From Podarcis cretensis (lineage: Eukaryota), in contig OX638153.1 in assembly GCA_951804945.1 (NCBI GenBank), positions 66,092,001 through 66,156,000 on the forward strand: a stretch of DNA of 64,000 nucleotides. Direction: 5' to 3'. Under the pieces are notes generated by a model. It was not told the origin of the DNA and did not search any database. It saw only the letters and a program-made list of their open reading frames with translations. The position numbers were made by a program, and so were the translations under genes. Each line of letters starts with the position of its first letter. The stretch's first letter is position 1. Below are positions 51,205-64,000 of this stretch, piece after piece.

Positions 51205-51939
51205 TATCAGGCCATTTTGAGACACTTACAAGCCATACAGAGAATTGATCCAAACAGAATATTGACAAGATCAATGCAGCAAAACAGGAACTGGATCAGT
51301 ACACCTATCATCTTATACTATTAGATATTTATTTTTGCAATATTTTCCTTTTAATTCCATTTTCACACTATGAAACTAGATGCCAGAGAAGCTGCAGCCT
51401 GAACAATCCTTTCAGGAAGTTTCACATACTGCAGATTTTCAGGAAGACATCTCCATATAGCTACGACTTAACTCTGAAATTCACATGTAGAGAATCTAGT
51501 TAGTATAATGATTGCACACGTATTTATCATTGTGTGTCTGCACACTGGCCACAGCTGGAGTATAAATAATGGCGCACACAGTAAGGTACCAGGAGGTTTC
51601 ATGGGGAAGCTTGTACCAAGTCTGTAGGGTGGGGTCTGCGAGCATTATTTTTTTTGCAAAACTCCAAAGCATAAAGCACGTAGGCTCCTCATTAGAGCTA
51701 AACGCTATCAAAGGCTGGGTTGCATAAATAATTAGAAACAACTATGTGAGCATATGGCCACCTAATTACCGTCCTTTGAAAGTAGTGTGTAAGTAAGTAC
51801 TCTACAAGCCTTCTAGAAGTGGAGGGGGGGAGGAACCCTCAAGTATACCCTTTGAAACCAACGTCTTGGAAAAACTGACGTTATTTGCACCAAATCAACC
51901 ATAATGAGAGCAGCATGCGCCAGGTGGTGTTAAAAAAAA

Positions 51940-53130
51940 CGCGATCGGGGAGAAGAGCCGCGTCTCATATTTAGGAACAGAGCTCAAACTGGGACGGGAA
52001 GGCAACAAGAAGTTCTAAAAGCATGCAGAACTGCAACACACTTAAGGATGCCCTCCTGCGTATCTCAGAATTACACAGCCCACTTGTAACACACCAGGTT
52101 TGAGTCGGGCGAGGCAACCGGACAGCAGCCACCGAAAACCGTTCCTTCAAAGCCTCTCGGAAAGGGACTCTGCGCTGCTCGTCCTTGCCCTGCCGCGCCC
52201 CGCGGGGGATGAGGGACGCGGCCGTGTTTCTCTCCCGAGCAAAGGTCGTGTTTTCTGCCGCTGAATTCACGCCCCTCCCGCCCCCGACGGACTGACCTCC
52301 CCCTACCCCGCAGCTTCCGAGTCCCCTCGGGCCACGAAGCCGCCGAGAGAGGCTGGCGGCGGCAAACCGAAGCGGGAAAAGGGGGCTGCTGAGGTAGCGC
52401 CCCCCCCCACTCCAAGCAACTCCGAAGAGAGGGTAGGAGGCGCCCAGCCCCGACTTCGACGGCTCCCGGGCGAGGAATGCGCCCTTCCCTAGCTCGCTTC
52501 TTCTCCTCCCCTCCCCGCAGCCCCGCTCTCACCTCAGACCGACATCTCAGTCGACGACCGCACCGCGAGACGCAGCCGCCTCAGCTGCGCGCCCACTTCC
52601 CCGCTCTCGCGCGCCTCCTCGGCTTCCCTCCGCCCCCCCCCCCATCCAGCCCTCAGGAGGCCGGCGCCATCGCCGCCACCCCCTCGCGCCAGAAGCGCCT
52701 CTCTCATTGGCTGCCGCGGAGTTCCTCAGGCAGGGCTCCAACGGTCCTCTTCCGCGAGCCCCGAGTCAGCAGCCTCGGCGGTGGGCGGGACCTGCTTACT
52801 GGGCGGGGCTCTTCACTCCCGGCTACGGGTGGCTCGAAGGAAGAAAAGCGAGCGAGGCGCGGCGGCGGAGTTAACAGCCTTTACCGGAGGCTATTAAACT
52901 GCCACAGGCGCCACCATAATAAGGGCACTGAGGAGTAATGGGGCCAAGCGAAGGACCTCTCTCCTGACTGCCTCGGTCAGAGGCTGCCCCATAACCGCCT
53001 CCGCGCTCGACCCCACGGGAGCCCTTCTCCGGCCCAACTGCCATTTCTGTCCCCGCAACCACACCTCGCTCGTCAGTGCGAAGCTGGATCGGGTTGAACC
53101 GGTGAAAGCGACGAGATTTTCCTGCCAAGC
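51940..53130. promoter_or_regulatory. CpG-island promoter of FARP2
   Basis: Only strongly GC/CpG-rich segment of the window; GCAGCCAATGAG (NF-Y CCAAT, minus strand) around 52706-52710; GC boxes GGGCGGG at 52783 and 52801. Confidence 0.9.
52533..52650 (-). other. FARP2: Putative non-coding exon 1 of FARP2 (5' boundary approximate)
   Basis: Donor GAG|GTGAGA at 52533/52532 inside the CpG island, downstream of CCAAT and GC boxes. Confidence 0.7.
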
Positions 53131-54699
53131 TTCTTTACGTGTAAGGGAAAGTCACGGCAGCCACTCCCTAGATGCCTGAAGCTCTTGGGGATGTGGGGGG
53201 TGGGGGTGGGGGAGAATGAGGTGTAGAGTAAAACAAAACTAAACTAAACTAAAAAAAAACCAGACACGACGCCTCTCTTCGCAGCTGATGCAAAACAAAA
53301 CAAAAATAAAACTCGGGAAGTCTCAAACGTGTTTGTTGTAATGCATGGCCCACCCATACGTTCAAAAACTTGAGACGGCAAACGTATGTGAAGTTGCGCT
53401 TTTGTCTTTCACAACTGCGCACTCAAAGCCCAAGAGAAGTTGAAAAGCATTGGCAGTTTTTATGTAGCGTCAGTAGAGTTTTACACGCAACTTGCGGGAG
53501 GAATACAAAAACCGCTTTAAATTAAAATCGTGAACGTCATCGGAAATAATTGCCTTCCTTGATTAGATCAAGCAGGGTATGATGATCCTTATACCCAGTT
53601 TTCTTTCTCAGTATTTACAGGGGGTATAATGCTCCTGTAAATGGAAAATGCAAGGACCTTTCTGCACAATTATTTCATATTAAAAACGTGTTTGGCATGG
53701 GACAAATGACAGCATGGATCAGCCCTTCAATTTAGTTGTAGAGGAAGATTAAGAGGAGGAGTTTGTGGAACAAGTGGGTTTACAGGAGCCTAGCTTTGTA
53801 GTTTGATCCTAGGTAATGCATCAACCCATACCTAACTGATAAGCTAGGGAAAATAATACTTATCATTCAAAATAATGTGGAACATTCTTCCTGTTGTGGA
53901 TGACTATCCCTTTCCCCTAAGTGTCTCTGACAACATTTCCATAATCCTATTGCATAAGCAATATGTACTTTTCAAGGGTGGTGGCTTGATATATTTGTTT
54001 AAAGCTTGCTCTATATGTTCCTGATAGTGCTAAAGAGTTATTATCATGTTTTGAAGTGTGTTGCTCAATGTGTGTTGGGGAAGAAGGGACAGAAATCCCA
54101 GATCTAATGAAACAAGTGTGTATTGTACTATTTTTGTTCCTTTTCTGAAGAGGTACAATGATGTGCATTTTATCCAAACACTTAATATACAAAATTCTAT
54201 TAAAAGCTGGGCTCTTTTTTAAATCAGAGAAAAAACTTGGTGACCCATATTTACATATACATATACATATACAAATGGAAACAATCAGGTTCTATCAACA
54301 CACTTCAGATATGATGGCAAGATTGCCATCTTTCACATGTATTATGCAATAATAAGTCCAGACCAAGTAAGTTTGCAATTCAAATTATTCTTACAAGTGT
54401 ATCTTATTTTAATTGTTAATTAGCCAATAGGTACCCAAAAGCTTATATAAACCAATGCATGATGTTAACTTTTAGAGGCGTCTATCAGATGTTTAGGGCA
54501 GGTGTCCTCCATATATTTTAGTCTATAACATCTATCTTCCCTGACTTGGCTGTGGGAGATGAGGCCAGTGGAAGTGATAGTCCACAGCATCTGGAATGCA
54601 CCATACTGGTATCAGTGGGTTAGGGTGCCAAAAAGACAGTGAACAACTTCTAAAACAATAGATGGCTTTGTTTAGGGGTTTTCTCTTCTGCCAGTTTTG

Positions 54700-55450
54700 A
54701 CACACAACATAAAAGGACTGCTGAATCAAATCAAAGACCTGTCTAGTACAGCATCCTGTTTCCCACACTGGCCAACAAGATGCCTACAGGTAGCGCACAA
54801 GCAGGACATGAATAGCCCTCTAATGCTCTTGTTCTCATACAGCTTGTATTTATAACACGTAGTATCTAAACTTAGAGGAGATTGCTTATAGCTATCTATA
54901 TAGAACCATTACTATTATATCCACGGTCAGTGAGCCTTTCTTTGCCCATTTACAGGTATGGTTTGAATCCAAACTGCATCTGCAGCTGGACTGCAAAAAG
55001 GCTTGCTGAAATTACTGATCAGCTGTTCAGCGGTTACAGGGAGTCCTTTTGAATTATTAATTTTTGACAAGAGTTCTAGTCAAAGCCTTTTGAAAGTCCA
55101 AGTATATAATTTTTACCAAATTTCCCCTATCCACATGCTTGTGAAGACTCTCAAAGAGCTCTAAAAGGATAGTGAGGCAGAGCTTTGTAGAAGCCATGCC
55201 ATGTTGATTCTACAGCAAGTCTTACTATTAAGTATGATCAATAATTTTATCTTTAACTTCATAGAACCAACCTCTTTTAAACACTGGTGCCACATAGATT
55301 GCTTTCAGTTCTCTGTCATGGATGCCAAGCTTTGGAGCGAGTTACAGATTTTTGTTAGAAGATTGAGATTTTAATCCTTCAGTCTTTTTAGAATGCTCAG
55401 GTGGATTCCATCCAGATCCGGTGATTCGTTTTCATTCAAGGATCATAGGA
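54700..55450 (-). mobile_element. Degraded CR1 fragments (3'UTR at about 54700-54900, RT at about 55070-55450)
   Basis: Minus strand reads CLTILLELFESLHKHVDRGNLVKIIYLDFQKA; the UTR part resembles the 40xxx CR1 copy. Confidence 0.75.
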
Positions 55451-56974
55451 GTTCGGTGGTTGCATCAGATGGGATAATCCAGACTCACCCATATATCATT
55501 ACAGCTTCCATTTTTTAAAAAAAACAACAACCCTAAACTATCTAAACCTTTAACTTACAATAGAGTAAGGGAAAACATGCAAGCTCTGTTCTGTCCAATT
55601 GCTGAGTAAGACAATCTCACCTTAGCTCTCAGTGTCATTGCTAATGAATGTTAAAACACCAAGGTGCTTAAAACACTAAGGTGACATTTATTTTTAATTA
55701 TTTTCCTTGCCCAGAATGAATTATAATTCTAGTATCAATTTAAGTGCTTGCTCCCACCTCCCACATCAAATAAATGAGACTCTTTTGCCTGGCTTTGTGT
55801 CTGCATTTCCTGACTGATACAGCAGCTAATGTAGTAAACCTTCTTAAGTGTCAAGGTCACTGTCTAGGGCAGGCCTGCATAGCTTGGGACACACCTAGCC
55901 AAATGCAGCCTATTTGATATGTACTGTGGCCTGCCAGGTTTGATAATGTCCCCTGTTTTTGCAGTTGCATACTTTTTCAGGCCCCCGGTGGGTCACAGTA
56001 CATAAATTTAATGAGCTGTATTCAGCTTGGTGGGTCAACAATGTAGTGGGCCAAGTTTAATTTTACTTCAGTTTGTATCATGAGTTTAGTATCGTTCCTT
56101 TTAAAACTGAAGTTTAGGATCTAAATTGTATTAGTGGGTGGAAAGACAACAGCAACCATTAGAAAGTGAGGGAGGAACATGAACATTTGAGAGAAGCAGA
56201 ATTCCTTAGAAGTGCTAACACCCTGTCATTTGTGCTGTTTGAGAGAGACTGCCCTTTGGCCTTCTGCCCACATGAACCAATGTAGTTTTCTGAACTTAAA
56301 AGAGTATAATCAAAAATTACTGAGGTTTATGTTACTTGCACTCAAAATGTCCAATTTAGCATTTTCTAAGGACCCATGTGCAGATGTCCTACTTGTGGTG
56401 AAAGCTTCCTCTCCCCATCACAGCAGCTCTATGTTCTTGATGAATGGCCAAGAACAAAAGTCTAAATTTTGCACACCACGTGGTCCACCACCACATGGTC
56501 CACACTGAGGAAGGGTGTGGTGGTATTTAAAGCAACACCCTTGTGTGTCTCTGTCTGTCTGTCTGTCTGTCTGTCTAGCATGAGAGGGAAAGATTTATGC
56601 CCGAATTTGCTCAGTCTGTCTATGACTTGAGGACTCTTTGATACAGGGCACAGAGAATGAACTGAGGACCTATGGCACCCACACAACTGTGCTACTAACC
56701 ACAACAGCCTTCCGTGGCAAAGGTGCAATTGGCTAAAGTGGCAAGTGTTCACTCTGTATACAAGAAGCATCAGTGCTTGCAGTGGTTCTCTGTAGTTCTC
56801 AAGGTGCCATGGGGCAATCCCTTGCCAGCATTTGAATAATTTGCATATCAAGAAGTGCCACTCTTCCTTGTGTGAGGCAGAGGCTTGATGCCTGTACTCT
56901 CAGCTTGATGTTGGGATGTCTTCTGTCCTTTTTCAGTTTGCTTTGACCTGAGAGAGAAATATAAATAAAGAGAA

Positions 56975-57160
56975 ATATTAGAACCTGGGATCATTTAATG
57001 AAGCTGAATAATGGGAGATTCAGGACAGACAAGAGGAAGGATTTTTGCGCACAGTGTATTTTCTTAAAAAAACAACAGTGGAATTATCTACTGCAAGATG
57101 TAATCATGGCAACCCACTTTGATGGCTTTAGACAAATTCATAGAGGAAAAGGCTATCCGT
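56975..57160 (+). mobile_element. CR1 3' ORF fragment
   Basis: AATGAAGCTGAAT...GATTCAGGACAGA shared with the 40200 copy. Confidence 0.7.
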
Positions 57161-57860
57161 GATAGGTAGAACGAACCAACTCCTGCACACCCTAGTGGCA
57201 CAGCCAGTCTTACTAGCTTAAGCCTACCCCATTTCAGACAAGCTTGCAAATAAATGAATGGAAAATTTGTAGAAACCTCTGTAAACTTGTTGTTCCATTA
57301 GTCAGGGAGAAGTTTGCACAAGCAGAGCTGGGCAGGTCAAATTACTGAAGCTTGAATAACTAAAATTTTTGCAGGGCACCAGCAGCCACTGGTTTTTAAA
57401 AAAACAAGAAATATGTCTATTCTAAAAACAAGTTCCCATTCTTTGGAGCAGGGATGGGAAGCTCACAGGCTGCACCCTTGCTCCTCAGATACTGTATTTC
57501 TATATCTCACCCCCACATTGGCCTTTTAATAAAAACAAACATTGAAATCTATTTCTTGCCCATTCTTCATCCACACAGTCCTTGCTAGCTGATTTCGTCT
57601 CTGAATCAGGCACATCTTCCATTTAAAAAGGTTCTATCCTTTCTGTCTCTTGGGTGCCACCATTGATGTCACCTTCCACCATGAACACCAAATATCTCCC
57701 CCACTAGTCTTTCTCAAGGGAAGGGCTAGCAACAGAGAATGGGCTGGGTGGGTACCACTGTTGGAAGCTGTTCCAAGCCCCTGACAGCAGTGGTGGCCAG
57801 CAACTTTCCCACAATGAGCAGAGCTGTGTCTATTACATGGTGATGGACCATGGGGAAGTA

Positions 57861-58086
57861 CAGTGGTACCTCGGGTTACATATGCTTCAGGTTACAGACT
57901 CCACTAACCCAGAAATAGTACCTCGGGTTAAGAACTTTGCTTCAGGATGAGAACAGAAACTGTGCTCCAGTGGTGTGGCAGCAGCAGGAGGCCCCATTAG
58001 CTAAAGTGGTGCTTCAGGTTAAGAACAGTTTCAGGTTAAGAACGGACCTCCGGAACGAATTAAGTACTTAACCCGAGGTACCACTG
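57861..58086 (-). mobile_element. Tigger/pogo-like MITE, family A (inverted copy)
   Basis: Same TIRs and TA TSD; near reverse complement of the 50963 copy. Confidence 0.92.
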
Positions 58087-59154
58087 TATAGGGAGGCTAG
58101 AGAAAGGGAGACAGGCTGGCCAGCCCCCACAAAAAGGTTCCCCACACTTGTCACAATGACTCTCAAATCCATTATTACATCCCTTGCAACTTATTTCATA
58201 CTAGACCAAAGCAAAGGCTAAAATAAGGCTATTTTTACACAAGCTTGTAAAGAGTAGGATGGGACCACTTGAAAGCATCAGTGAGAAAATTAAGCAAATG
58301 CATAAATAAGAAGCTAGCACTGTAAAGGGAAGGGGTTTGGGAAGACTACAAGAAATGAAGGAACAAATTTAATTTTTAAAGATGTAAGAGATAGAAACAC
58401 CCCCTATATCATATACATACATCATATTATAGTTAACTGTAAATATAACTTGTTCTCTAAGCCTTTACTGTGCAAGTTAGCAACAGGGCCCATGTAAGAA
58501 GTTATTTTGAATTGTATTGTGTAGATACCAACAAGCCCTACCTACTTTTATTCGATGCCTCAAAAAGTATATGTATTTTATAGCAGCACATAATTATTTT
58601 CTTTTTAACCCTTTAAATATTGGGATCATATTTAGTTATATTGTTGATAAAATGACTATTATTGCAAACTAACTGATTTTAATTGTACTTACTGGTGATA
58701 AAACAGGTTTATTGTTTTAGCTAGCTCTTATAAGAAAAACGTCATTCTGCAAATATACTGCACTAAGCACAGATATATGTTGAAACGCATACATGCTCTG
58801 CAACGTCTCTTTCATCAATTTTGAAGTTCAAACGCCTTGTTACTTCCTAAAGAATAAGCTTACAGAATATGAAGCAAAGAAAACAAGGCAGAAAGACCCA
58901 CTCAAGTGATCAAAACAAAGCTAGCAAATAATGTATAAACAACTCTTGTTCAAAAGGAATAGACCAAACAGAAAGGGAGGAGCAGCAGCATTATATGTAA
59001 AGGATGTGTATATTGTGACGAGATCCAAGACCTGGAGCATGGAAGGCAAATTGATAGTAAATGCGTAAAACTTTTAGGAGAGGAAAACAGCGGTGACCTT
59101 ACTGTGGGTGTCTGCTATAGATAGACCTCCAAGCTAGACTGAAGACTTCAATGA

Positions 59155-59306
59155 TGTTGCTGTTGTTTAGCAGTTTAATCATGTCTGACTCTTCGTGACC
59201 CCATGGACCAGAGCACCTCAGGCACTCCTGTCTTCCACTGCCTCCCACAGTTTGGTCAAACTCATGCTGGTAGCTTTGAGAGCACTGTCCAACCATCTTG
59301 TCCTCT
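59155..59306 (-). mobile_element. RTE/BovB-type LINE 3' end nested in CR1
   Basis: GGTCCATGGGGTCACGAAGAGTCAGACATGA...AACAACA 3' terminus, as recalled for BovB-like elements. Confidence 0.8.
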
Positions 59307-59411
59307 TTCAAACATTCAAAAAGGAGAAATATTGTAGTCATGGGAGATTTCAACTACCCTGATATCTGCTAGAACTCAAACTCTGCTAATAAAGTAAGGG
59401 CCAACAGATTC

Positions 59412-59460
<49 letters not shown>

Positions 59461-59478
59461 TGTATATCGCCCTTCAGC
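59412..59478 (-). repeat. (TTA)n tract with a short LINE-like 3' stub
   Basis: About 16 TTA units followed by TTGTATATCGCCCTTC, similar to the reverse of the L2 3' end at about 1220. Confidence 0.75.
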
Positions 59479-60334
59479 TCCAGAAGGTGGAAGAAACAAC
59501 AAGGGGATCATATATCTTGAACCTGGTCCTCACCAAAAGGGAGGAACTGATGAAGTGGAAGTACTGGGAACCTTGGGAGGAAGTGGTTGTGTCCTCTTGT
59601 GTTTCATGATACACAAGCAAAGGAAAACTGAGTGTAGTCAGACATGCACTCTGGACTTCAAGAAGGTTGATTTCAAAAAGCTTAAGGAACTACTGGGTGA
59701 GATCCCATGGTCAGAAATAATAAAAGAGAAGGAAGTCCAAGATGGTTGGGAGTTTCTTAAAGATGAAATATTGAAGGCAAAAATGTAGACAATTTCAACA
59801 ATAAATAAAAGTGGGGTGCATCTAAAGAGCTGAGATTTAAGAATGGCATGTATAAGAAATGTAAGAAAGAGGAAATCACTGAGGAAGAGTATAAACGAGT
59901 AGCCAACAGTTGAAGGGTCAAGTAAGCCAAAGCTCACAATGAGCTTAGGCTTGCAAGAGGTTGTTCAACTATGTTAGGAGCAAGAGGAGGAACAAGCAAG
60001 TATGCAGTAGGTTCTCTGCGTGGAGAAAACTGAGAAAATTACTTTGTGATAACAGAATAAATGATGCAAAGAGGAAGCTGCAGCCAAGATAGGAAAAGAG
60101 GTGGTAAAGGAACACCTAGCTACTTTAAATGAATTCACATCTCTAGGGCCTGTTGAATTGCACCCAGGGGTATTAAAGGAGCTTGTGGGTGCAACTTCAG
60201 AGCCTCTGTCTATAATCTTTGAGATTTTTTGGAGAACAGGTGAGGTCCCTGCGACGCTCATCCAACAAAGTGTGGTATGTTGCTCATGTGAATGGGGGAC
60301 GTTGCAAACCAAATCTTTTTAAAATGTGATGATG

Positions 60335-60353
60335 TATCGCCCTCTTGTGGGAA
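60335..60353 (-). promoter_or_regulatory. Putative CTCF site
   Basis: CCCACAAGAGGGCGATA resembles the CTCF core consensus. Confidence 0.55.
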
Positions 60354-63300
60354 GGATTCCTGATTGCATGATACCAGAGGAATAAAACAGTATTTCACAT
60401 TTACTCAGTCCCACTCTACTCAATGAAGTTTACTCCCAAGTCCTACATACTGTACAGGTGTGCAGCTAAATTTGAGTTCTGGCACCAGTGTAAATTATAT
60501 TAGTTGGCATCTGTCTGTCTCAGGAGATAATGGAGGAGTGCGCCTTTGTGGGGGTGAAGTTGGAGAGCTACAGCGCTGGCTGTGGCTGTAGAGCTCAATA
60601 TGGGACAGATGTGTTTTGTTTCAACTGGGGCAGAAGAAAGGGTCCAGTTGTGCTGCTGCTGCTACTGTTTCAACTCTTATCCACTGTTCATATTCAGAGC
60701 TTGCACCATGCTGTGGGAGAACAAATCCAAAGTGGAAACTTCTAATTTTAAATCAAATTGTTGCATGCTAGCTATATATATTCAAATATTTGCTTCATCA
60801 CTTTACTTGGGCTCCCAAACTTGAAGCAGTAAATACAATGCAAGTTGTTTTTTTCTTATTGTTTTATCTCAAAACACTTGCCTTTTGCCTTCATTTTGTC
60901 CTGCTTACATTCTTATCTGCACGCAGCACACTGGCTCCAAGTTCAAATATATTAAATTGGCACAAAATTGTGCGAGTTGTTTTAGAATGTATGGGAAGGA
61001 GAGTCCTGTTATGAGAATAATACTAAGAACAGATAGCATAAGCTTACATGACCTTGAATGCAGTTAGTACTGCTAAACATATATATATATATTACCAGAT
61101 GGGAGAGGAAGGCAGATCCTCCAGCTGAATCTGAATTATTTGTATCCATTGTTCAAAGTACAAGCTACCAATGAGTTCAGATACTACTGCATCATTGGGT
61201 TGTACATAGGACACTGTTCAGCATACAAATATCAAAATTTCCAGAGAGAGAACTTACCTTTCTGTTGGAATGTGAAATGCACCAATACCTCAGTAGGTTC
61301 TCTCCTGGTTCATTTCCTTCCTTGCTCCATTGCATTAGGGCACGGTTAAGGAGATAATGAGAAAACTGGTCAATGTGTGAAAAATGAGCTCCTTGAAGCA
61401 GAAATACTGGGCAGAGCAGCAAACCTCAGCAATCCAGATTCACTTCATCTCTTATCACTGTAGCTGAATGGCATTGTGCCAAATGTACCCTTATGAATAG
61501 CTGTGTGGCACGTATATTTCCTAAACTTTCTGCTTGCACAAACAGGAAATTACCACGCCAGTGGCAGTGACAAGAGTTGGGGCCTCATATGAACATAAAC
61601 TCCCTAGGTGTCATGCATAAGCATTTCAACAGCATGATTATTTCTCCAGGAGCTTAGTCATACATTTATTTTGATCCCTCAGATTTCTACAACACCAGAA
61701 AAGTCCAGAAGCAAATTTACTGTTGCACGATAGGGTGCTTTTGCACAGTAATTGGGTTTTTTTTTTTTAAAGAACAAGGTTCACACACCACTGAGCGCAA
61801 CCTCTGTTGCTTCTTAGCTGGCATAATATAACCAGCTAATTAGAGGGCAGAGACAAACAGAAAAGGGAATGCCTGTTTTTATGAATGGGAAAGACTGAAG
61901 TTGCTTCTCATACACAAATATTTGTTGGTGTGGACAACTCCTGTCTCATTTTACTGGGATGAAAACAGGTTTAATAGCCAAATGTTCAAATGTGGACAAG
62001 TCCATACTCTCAGTTGAGTATAGGATTGTGGCCATAAGCAATTATTTATCCAACGACAGGAAAAAAAGATTCCACTGCTAAATTGCTTCCCCCTGTGACT
62101 ATTGTTTAAGCTCTAAAGAAAAGCCTGGAGCGAGTTTTTCCATTACTTAAAGGCTGGTAAATTTTTAAAAGGTTACCTCATCTGTAGCTAGATTAAACTA
62201 AACAAACTTTTAATCAACTAAAGAGAAACATGTTTAAACAAGGAGTCTCTCTAAACATTCTCTTTTCGCTCATTTGGTATAAGGGTCATGGAAAGAAAAT
62301 TCAATACTACAAAATGTAGGTAGGATTACTGTGAGGTTTAAGATTCTGCTCTTAATAATCCAGGTTTAAAAACATAATGCAGACTTTCACCCCTTTTGTT
62401 GATTCAATATATGGTTGGTAATTGCAGAGCTATTACTGTGGTTTATTTTAGATATCAACATTTCTGCAATGCTCAGCATTCTCTGCTGTTTGATATAACA
62501 ATCTATGAAGAAGTAATAAACATGTGTATGTGATAATGTAATTGCTGAACTAAAGTTCACAAATCAATTTTGATTTTATTTTTTTTGCAAAAACCCTTTG
62601 TTTCTTATATATCATATATTTAATTTATTCAGGCTGCAGTTTAGTGTATCTTATTTGGGATTAAGCCCCATGACATATACTGGGGCATACTTTTCAGGAA
62701 GCAGATACAGGATTGCCCTATAATTATTTTCTATAGTGAGATTCTGTACAATCGGAGTTCACTGAAATTCACAGCTTTGCCAATTCCCCCCCAACTTTTG
62801 ATAATTAAAAAATATTAAATTAGAAACTAAACACTTTTCAGATGAGATACTAAAAATTATAAATCCTCATAAATTTTGGTCAGGGTGCTTGAACAAGAAC
62901 AGATCTTTGAGGCAGGAAGATATAAAGGAACACTGATCAATGAACCACCTGCAGGATCTGAAATATTGGTCATATCAGCTACAGTTTAAACGCTCTGAAA
63001 AACTTGTTTTTCATTTGTGTTCCTTTAAGTCTCAAGCATCACAAAACATGCACCCTTTAATGGGCTGCCCGCTTAGGCAGATCCCCAGGTCTAGGGAAGG
63101 TAATTGAGAAAGGCTCCCATTCATTTCCATTTTAAGTTTGTCCTCGATACCTCCAGTGAAAGCTACCACCTTTATTTACTGTTAAAACGAGAGAGTGAGA
63201 GGGCTTGACTGCAGTAAAGGCAGGATGGGGAATCTGATTTGGCCGGTGGACCAGATCCTTATCCAAATTTGATGTCAATATCCTGATGTCACAATTCTAT

Positions 63301-63699
63301 TTTCTGCTGCTGTTGATTGCATCTTTGTTTCCTGCCTTTCAGTATTTTAAGCCCATGGGTGAAGCTGGAGCTTCTGACAGGGTCTCATGGCAGCTTACAG
63401 ATAAAAATAATACATTCTCCTTGTCAGACACCTTACTGTGTAGCCAGATTTGGGCCTTCTACCACCACTTGCAAAAAAAGCATGCAAATGCAACATAATA
63501 TACTGCAGCAGAGGGCCCAATCAACTTACGGTATAGTTGGCCCCCAAATTCCTGTTGGCATCCTTGCAAGTACTGATCACACCATTCTGAACATAAATGG
63601 ACCTTGGAATCTAGCAAGCTGGCATTTCACCGAATGCAAACATTTTAAATAGAACTGTGTCTCTCAACTTCAGATGTATCAACTGTGTCTTCTCAACTT

Positions 63700-64000
63700 C
63701 TCTTGTGAACCCAAGAGTCTGTTGGATCAGTCCAAAGGCCCATCTAGTCCAGTTCTAACTGCGGCAAACCATTAAGCGCACTTTCCCCTCCTGTGATTTC
63801 CAGCAACTGGTATTCAGAAGCATTACTGCATGACTGGGGAGGCAAAGCATAGCCATTGTCACTAGTAACCACTGATGGCCTGACACTCCATGAATTTGTC
63901 CCAATTCTCTTTTAAAGCCTTTCAAGTTGGTGATCATTACTGCTTCTTGCGAGAGTGTGCTCCACAGTTCAACCATGAGCTGCATGAAGTACTTTCTTTT
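63700..64000 (-). mobile_element. CR1 3' region (runs off the window edge)
   Basis: KYFMQLMVELWSTLSQEAVMITNLKGFKREL plus CR1-type 3'UTR. Confidence 0.85.

Larger units (their letters stand above)
58850..60255 (+). mobile_element. Degraded CR1 ORF2 (AP endonuclease to RT start) with nested insertions
   Basis: ALYVK, GVCYR, VVMGDFNYPDI, LDFKKVDFKKLKELLGEIPW, GPVELHPGVLKEL..SEPLSIIFE..WRTGEVP with stops and frameshifts. Confidence 0.9.

Noticed and set aside
51971-53128. Several 64-153 aa ORFs on both strands
   Set aside because: Expected stop-poor frames in a GC-rich CpG island; low complexity, no recognisable domain
53200-64000. Upstream neighbour gene (for example SEPTIN2 by mammalian synteny) or a divergent gene
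   Set aside because: No recognisable coding exons; only TE relics and AT-rich DNA

Overview
AT-rich vertebrate genomic DNA. Sauria-type SINEs and the L2/CR1/RTE/MITE repertoire point to a squamate, probably a lacertid lizard (inference). The window holds the 5' two-thirds of FARP2 (FERM-FA-linker-DH; PH exons run off the left edge) on the minus strand. It has a CpG-island promoter and non-coding exon 1 at about 52.5-52.8 kb, and 18 phase-consistent GT-AG coding exons from 48,123 down to 1,427. The remainder is intron or upstream DNA with many TE relics. The most notable results: (1) the exon-13 frame stays open for 322 codons past a weak donor, predicting an 800-aa FERM-only, GEF-less isoform with an acidic tail carrying four S-E-x-S-S repeats and probably a long 3'UTR in intron 13; (2) a TSD-flanked Penelope-type insertion with a perfect 65-bp inverted repeat and a minimal hammerhead-ribozyme motif lies on the FARP2 sense strand just before exon 14; (3) intron 14 has an in-frame 213-nt cassette-exon candidate and a candidate 'SMV-stop' terminal exon. 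No CRISPR arrays, tRNA or rRNA genes were found. Exon numbering and all comparisons to human genes or TE consensus sequences are from recall, not computed alignment.
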